The notes beneath the pieces were generated by a model. That model was given only the letters and a program-made list of their open reading frames with translations. It made no database searches and was not told where the DNA came from. Position numbers and translations under genes: made by a program. A DNA stretch of 64,000 nucleotides from Spirochaetia bacterium (GTDB lineage Bacteria; Spirochaetota; Spirochaetia; CADAEX01): positions 1,056,001-1,120,000 of the forward strand of contig OY759746.1 in the NCBI GenBank assembly GCA_963662795.1, given 5' to 3'. This document shows, one piece after another, positions 59,608 to 64,000 of this stretch; positions within the stretch are counted from its first letter, which is position 1, and every line of letters begins with the position of its first letter.

Positions 59608-60369
59608 CTATAATCCGGTCGGTATATCAATGAAACAGGTGTCAAGGGCAAGTTTTTCCCTTACTGTTTTTTCTACATTCTTTATACCAAATATTTCTGT
59701 AAGATAATGTCCGGCAGATATTACATTTATACCGGCTTCAAGGCATTGATGATATATCTGGTGAGATATCTCGCCTGTTATGTACAGATCAAGCTCTTCA
59801 TCAATAGCCTGCTCTACTTCCCGGCAGGCGCCCCCTGTAATGACACCGGCGCTCATGTTTTTTTCGGGTCCGAATTTCAATACGGAAAGGATATCCGTGT
59901 TTTTTAAACCGAAGGCGGCTATAACCTCTTCGCAGGTTTTCCCTTCAGGGAAAATTCCCTTAAATCCGATTTTTTTCCCGTGATACTCGCCAAAAGGCTT
60001 CAGATTTTCAAGTCCTGCTTTTACTGCAGCTGAAACATTATTGCCGAGGAGAGGGTCCATATCAAGCGGCAGATGGGCTGCGTATAACGATAAATTATTC
60101 TCAAGCATAAAAGAAAGGCGTCTGAAATAATCTCCTGTTATGGTTTTTTCAGTTCCCCAGAAAATCCCGTGATGGACAAAAAGCATATCCGCGCCATGCT
60201 GTGCAGCCCTTTTAAATGCCTCAAGCGATGCATCAACAGCAAAAGCGATCTTTTTAACTTTCCCTGTTCTGTTCGAAACCTGAAGTCCGTTTAATGACCT
60301 GTCAAAGCTTCTCATTTCGTCGATATTCAGAATAGAGCGAAAAAAGCTGTCAACTTCCTTAATATCCAT
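59608..60369 (-). CDS. Nif3-like dinuclear metal centre protein
   Basis: NGLQV, VHHGIFW, HLPLD, GHYLTE. Confidence 0.94.
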   Translation of the reverse strand: MDIKEVDSFFRSILNIDEMRSFDRSLNGLQVSNRTGKVKKIAFAVDASLEAFKRAAQHGADMLFVHHGIFWGTEKTITGDYFRRLSFMLENNLSLYAAHLPLDMDPLLGNNVSAAVKAGLENLKPFGEYHGKKIGFKGIFPEGKTCEEVIAAFGLKNTDILSVLKFGPEKNMSAGVITGGACREVEQAIDEELDLYITGEISHQIYHQCLEAGINVISAGHYLTEIFGIKNVEKTVREKLALDTCFIDIPTGL

Positions 60370-60435
60370 ATAATTTATTATATATTTTTATATCATCCTT
60401 GACAACAAACACTTCCTTTACAATATTATTCTTTT

Positions 60436-62829
60436 ATGAATACATATAAAAAACTTGATGCCAAAGAACTCGAATACAGTACAAAACTGGAAGAAATAGC
60501 CTCACTCAGAAAAACACCGGTAAAAACCTTTATGGCGGGCCAGAAAAGGGCAACAGATGCGCTGATGTTCGGAACCAGGCTTAGAAAAACAGGCTACAAT
60601 ATATTTGTTACAGGGAACACCGGGACAGGGCGCCACACAGCTATCCGTAAAATACTTGAAAATTTCAGGAATGACATTCCGCTGAAGGATATTGTCTGTG
60701 TCTTCAATTTTACAAATCCTGAAAACCCGGGAATACTTTATCTTCCACGTGGAAAAGCCGCAGGCTTTAAAGGCAGTCTTGCAAACCTTATAACCGCTGT
60801 AAAAAAAAGAATAAGAAGCAGAATTGAAAGCGACAGCTTTAAAAAACAGAAAAATACAATAATCAAATCCTGTGAAGATATTGAAAAAGACCTTCTTTTA
60901 AAGTTTGAAACAAGCCTTAAGGAGGGGGGATTTCTTCTTGTAAGCTCAACAACAGAAGATAATGAAATGATTTCAGATATCATGCCTGCCGTCGATGGTA
61001 AACCCATAGATTTTGAGGAACTCCAGAAAATGGCAGACAACGGACAGCTTTCAGAAGAGGACCATGAAAAAATAAGAAGCGATTATTTCAAACACCTTGA
61101 TGCTCTGCAGGAGCTGCTTAGAAAACTTCAGCACAATAAGATTGAAATGGAAGACAAGCTGCTTGAAACAGAGAAGAAATTTGTTGAACCGGTAATAAGA
61201 TCGGAAATTGACTATCTTATCTCGGATTACATGCAGAATGATGTAAAGAAATATCTCTCCGAGCTTAAAAAAGATATTCTTGAGCGACTTTATTTGTTTA
61301 TTGATGAAGAGGAAGATACGGAAAGTGATGAAATAGAAGAAGCCGACCTGGACGAGGAACAGAGATACCAGGTAAACATTCTTGTTGACAACTCAAAAGT
61401 AAAACAGGCGCCGGTAATATTTGAATCGTACCCCACATCGTCAAATCTTTTCGGAACTGTCGAAAACAGGGTTGAATACAATATTGAATTAAAAAGCAGT
61501 TTCATGATGGTCAAGGCAGGCTCATTAATAAAAGCTACAGGCGGATTTCTTGTTCTGAATGCAGAAGACCTGTTTCAGGAGGAAACTACATGGGACCATC
61601 TTAAAAGGGCGCTTAAAAGCGGAGAGGTACAGATTCAGCAGCCGATTTCACCGTTCAATCCGTCAGGCGGTTTTCTTAAACCTGAACCTGTTAAAATTGA
61701 TACCAAAATAATAATAATTGGAAACGAAAGCATTTATGATGTTCTTTATAACAGCGATGAGGAATTTGAAAAATTCTTTAAGGTTACTGCAGAATTTGAC
61801 TCGGAAATGGAAATAAATAACGAAAATACGCTTCAGTATATTGGTTTTATAGAAGAGCAGATAAAGAAAAAGAAAATGAAATCAATAACAGACAACGGCA
61901 TACAGGCAATCCTTGATTACGGCATCCGGCTGACTGAACACAGAAAAAAATATTCGACAAAATTCTCAAAAATTCTGGATCTGCTGGTTGAGTCTGACTA
62001 CTGGGCCGACGAATTCGCACATGAAGTTATTGACAGGCCGGATGTGGAAACAGCAATCACTAAACGGAACAGCATGAACAGCCTTCAGGAAGAAAAGCTC
62101 ACATCAATGATGGAAGAAGGGACAATAAAAATCTGCGCTGAAGGTAAAAAAACCGGGGTAGTGAACGGACTTGCGGTTTATGACAGGGGGTTCTATACAT
62201 TTGGAAGACCGTTTCTCGTATCAGCAACAGTCGCGCCCGGAGATGAAGGGATAATCAATATTGAAAGGGAAGCAGGACTCTCAGGTGAGATATATAACAA
62301 GGCGGTAATGATAATCGAAGGATTTGTCCGTTCCTGTTACGGAAAAAACTTTCCCGTTTCAATGTTTGCAAGCATCTGCTTCGAGCAGTCATACGGGGAA
62401 ATAGAGGGAGATTCAGCGTCTTCGACAGAGATTTATGCGCTTTTGTCTGCAATAACAGAAATCCCCATAAGACAGGACATAGCTGTTACCGGGTCTGTAA
62501 ACCAGTTCGGACAGATACAGCCGATAGGCGGTGTAAACGAAAAAATTGAGGGGTTTTACTCAATATGCGAAAAATTCGGCCTTACAGGGACGCAGGGGGT
62601 AATTATCCCGCAGTCCAACGTCAAAAACCTGGTTCTTGGAAAGACAGTAAAGAATGCGGTAAGAGATGGCAGATTTTCAATCTATCCGATAAGCCATATA
62701 AATGAGGGGCTAAGTATCCTGTCCGGAATTGATGCGGGAGAAACCGATGAGAAAGGAGCATTTCCAGCCCGTTCTTTCAATAAAATTGTTGAGAAAAAAC
62801 TGAAGGAATTATCAAGGAAAAGCAAATAA
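60436..62829 (+). CDS. LonC-like S16 protease with AAA-like domain
   Basis: GNTGTGRHT (Walker A K to R), EGDSASS catalytic Ser, GGVNEKIEGF Lys. Confidence 0.88.
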   Translation: MNTYKKLDAKELEYSTKLEEIASLRKTPVKTFMAGQKRATDALMFGTRLRKTGYNIFVTGNTGTGRHTAIRKILENFRNDIPLKDIVCVFNFTNPENPGILYLPRGKAAGFKGSLANLITAVKKRIRSRIESDSFKKQKNTIIKSCEDIEKDLLLKFETSLKEGGFLLVSSTTEDNEMISDIMPAVDGKPIDFEELQKMADNGQLSEEDHEKIRSDYFKHLDALQELLRKLQHNKIEMEDKLLETEKKFVEPVIRSEIDYLISDYMQNDVKKYLSELKKDILERLYLFIDEEEDTESDEIEEADLDEEQRYQVNILVDNSKVKQAPVIFESYPTSSNLFGTVENRVEYNIELKSSFMMVKAGSLIKATGGFLVLNAEDLFQEETTWDHLKRALKSGEVQIQQPISPFNPSGGFLKPEPVKIDTKIIIIGNESIYDVLYNSDEEFEKFFKVTAEFDSEMEINNENTLQYIGFIEEQIKKKKMKSITDNGIQAILDYGIRLTEHRKKYSTKFSKILDLLVESDYWADEFAHEVIDRPDVETAITKRNSMNSLQEEKLTSMMEEGTIKICAEGKKTGVVNGLAVYDRGFYTFGRPFLVSATVAPGDEGIINIEREAGLSGEIYNKAVMIIEGFVRSCYGKNFPVSMFASICFEQSYGEIEGDSASSTEIYALLSAITEIPIRQDIAVTGSVNQFGQIQPIGGVNEKIEGFYSICEKFGLTGTQGVIIPQSNVKNLVLGKTVKNAVRDGRFSIYPISHINEGLSILSGIDAGETDEKGAFPARSFNKIVEKKLKELSRKSK

Positions 62830-62926
62830 CCTCTGGTTAACGGCAGACAGTTACAGGCATTTAAAGTAATAAATTTAAATTTATGATGCAATAAAATGCC
62901 TTACCGTTATAAGTTGTGACATTTTA

Positions 62927-62956
62927 TTGACAGATGGAAAAGTTAAAGACTATACT
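62927..62956 (+). promoter_or_regulatory. Sigma70 promoter of the HDOD gene
   Basis: TTGACA-N18-TATACT. Confidence 0.6.
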
Positions 62957-63043
62957 CAAATATAAATTAAAAATCGGTTATAAAGTGATTGCTTCCTTAA
63001 AAGTTTGAGGGGACCTTAATTCAGCAATCCAGGCGGGAGAAAA

Positions 63044-64000
63044 ATGCCAGTTAATATTGATGTTCCTAAAATTCAAAAAGCTGTCCGGAATTCTTTACCT
63101 TTGGCAATCAAAACACACAAAATAAACCACGAAACTGAAGAATATCTTGAACAGATTCTTGATGTATTTCTTGCTGAATTCGGGCAGAAAGAACTTCTGC
63201 CGCAGATATCCTACTGCATGAGGGAACTGGCGGTAAACGCAAACAAGGCAAATACCAAAAGAGTCTACTTTATGGAAAAAGATCTGGATATCGATAATGA
63301 AGATGATTACAGGGAAGGGATGAATTCATTCAAAGAGGTAACTCTTGATAATATTGAACATTATCTTGAAAAGCAGAAGGAAAAAGGGCTCTATATAAAA
63401 ATTATTTTTCATGCATCTCAGGGAGAACTTACTCTTTCCATACGCAATAATGTAAAAATATCGAAAAAAGAACAGATGAGGGTCTATGACAGGATCGCCC
63501 GGTCAAGGGGCTTCACATCGCTTGAGGAAGCAATGTCTGCTGTACTGGACAGCTCCGAAGGGGCCGGCCTCGGACTTGTAATACTTGTCCTTATGCTTAA
63601 AAAACTGGGTCTTGATGAAGAAGCTTTTGATCTGGATGTTGAGGGGGAAGAAACTGTTTCAAAGCTGATTATTCCATTCTCCGAAGTGCACAAGGAAAAT
63701 CTCCATATTCTTTCAAGGGAAATAGTAAAAGAAATCAATCAGCTTCCGCAGTTCCCTGAAAATATAGTACAGCTGCAGAAAATGATTGACGATCCGGAAT
63801 CAGAAATAACAGATATATCAAAGCATATTGCAATGGATATAAGCCTTACAGCGGATTTGTTAAAAATTGTTAACTCGGCCCAGTATATGCTTCCCAAAAA
63901 AGTAGATAACATTACGGAAGCGGTAAAACTTGTGGGTCTCCGCGGCCTTAAAAACCTTCTTTATTCCTATGGAACACAAAAAATCTTAAAATCAGGATTA
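63044..64000 (+). CDS. HATPase-like + HDOD domain protein, runs off the window
   Basis: Manual translation MPVNIDVPKI...RELAVNANKAN...EGAGLGL...LPQFPE...LLKIVNSA (HDOD start). Confidence 0.82.
   Translation, partial: MPVNIDVPKIQKAVRNSLPLAIKTHKINHETEEYLEQILDVFLAEFGQKELLPQISYCMRELAVNANKANTKRVYFMEKDLDIDNEDDYREGMNSFKEVTLDNIEHYLEKQKEKGLYIKIIFHASQGELTLSIRNNVKISKKEQMRVYDRIARSRGFTSLEEAMSAVLDSSEGAGLGLVILVLMLKKLGLDEEAFDLDVEGEETVSKLIIPFSEVHKENLHILSREIVKEINQLPQFPENIVQLQKMIDDPESEITDISKHIAMDISLTADLLKIVNSAQYMLPKKVDNITEAVKLVGLRGLKNLLYSYGTQKILKSGL

Noticed and set aside
1-64000. CRISPR array, integrase, transposase, prophage or defence island
   Set aside because: No regularly spaced repeats or recognisable mobile/defence proteins; almost all sequence is explained by housekeeping-type CDSs

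Overview
Gene-dense, mostly minus-strand chromosomal window from an anaerobic bacterium, most likely a free-living Spirochaetales member. This is inferred from the FAGGxxE-type SBP N-terminus, fused pyrBI, the nif3-lspA pair, spirochaete-style OmpA/DbpA/HDOD proteins and FAS II genes. Contents in order: an AraC-linked family-5 ABC importer with a PHP metallohydrolase; a Thr/Ser catabolic block (kbl, tdh, XRE-cupin regulator, sdaAA/AB); lactate permease; a group-D-like [FeFe]-hydrogenase with an RsbT-type kinase behind an ECF transporter; fabDGF; a TM1266-family protein, metal-chelate ABC transporter and acidic-tailed adenylate cyclase in one apparent operon; pyrBI, ftsH, dksA, infA; a MoxR/Bat operon; argJ; a cNMP-binding RsbW-like kinase; fabH; a GAF/HD-GYP protein; tRNA-Ala(GGC); lspA, nif3, a LonC-like protease and a partial HATPase-HDOD gene. 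I saw no CRISPR array, integrase, transposase or prophage. Most notable: (i) the TM1266/ABC/cyclase operon with a hairpin covering the SBP ribosome-binding site, (ii) recurrent leaderless promoter geometry, (iii) several partner-switching-type kinase modules with H2- or cAMP-type inputs, (iv) sigma28-like promoters on an unknown gene and a c-di-GMP phosphodiesterase. All calls come from reading motifs by eye; no database searches were run.
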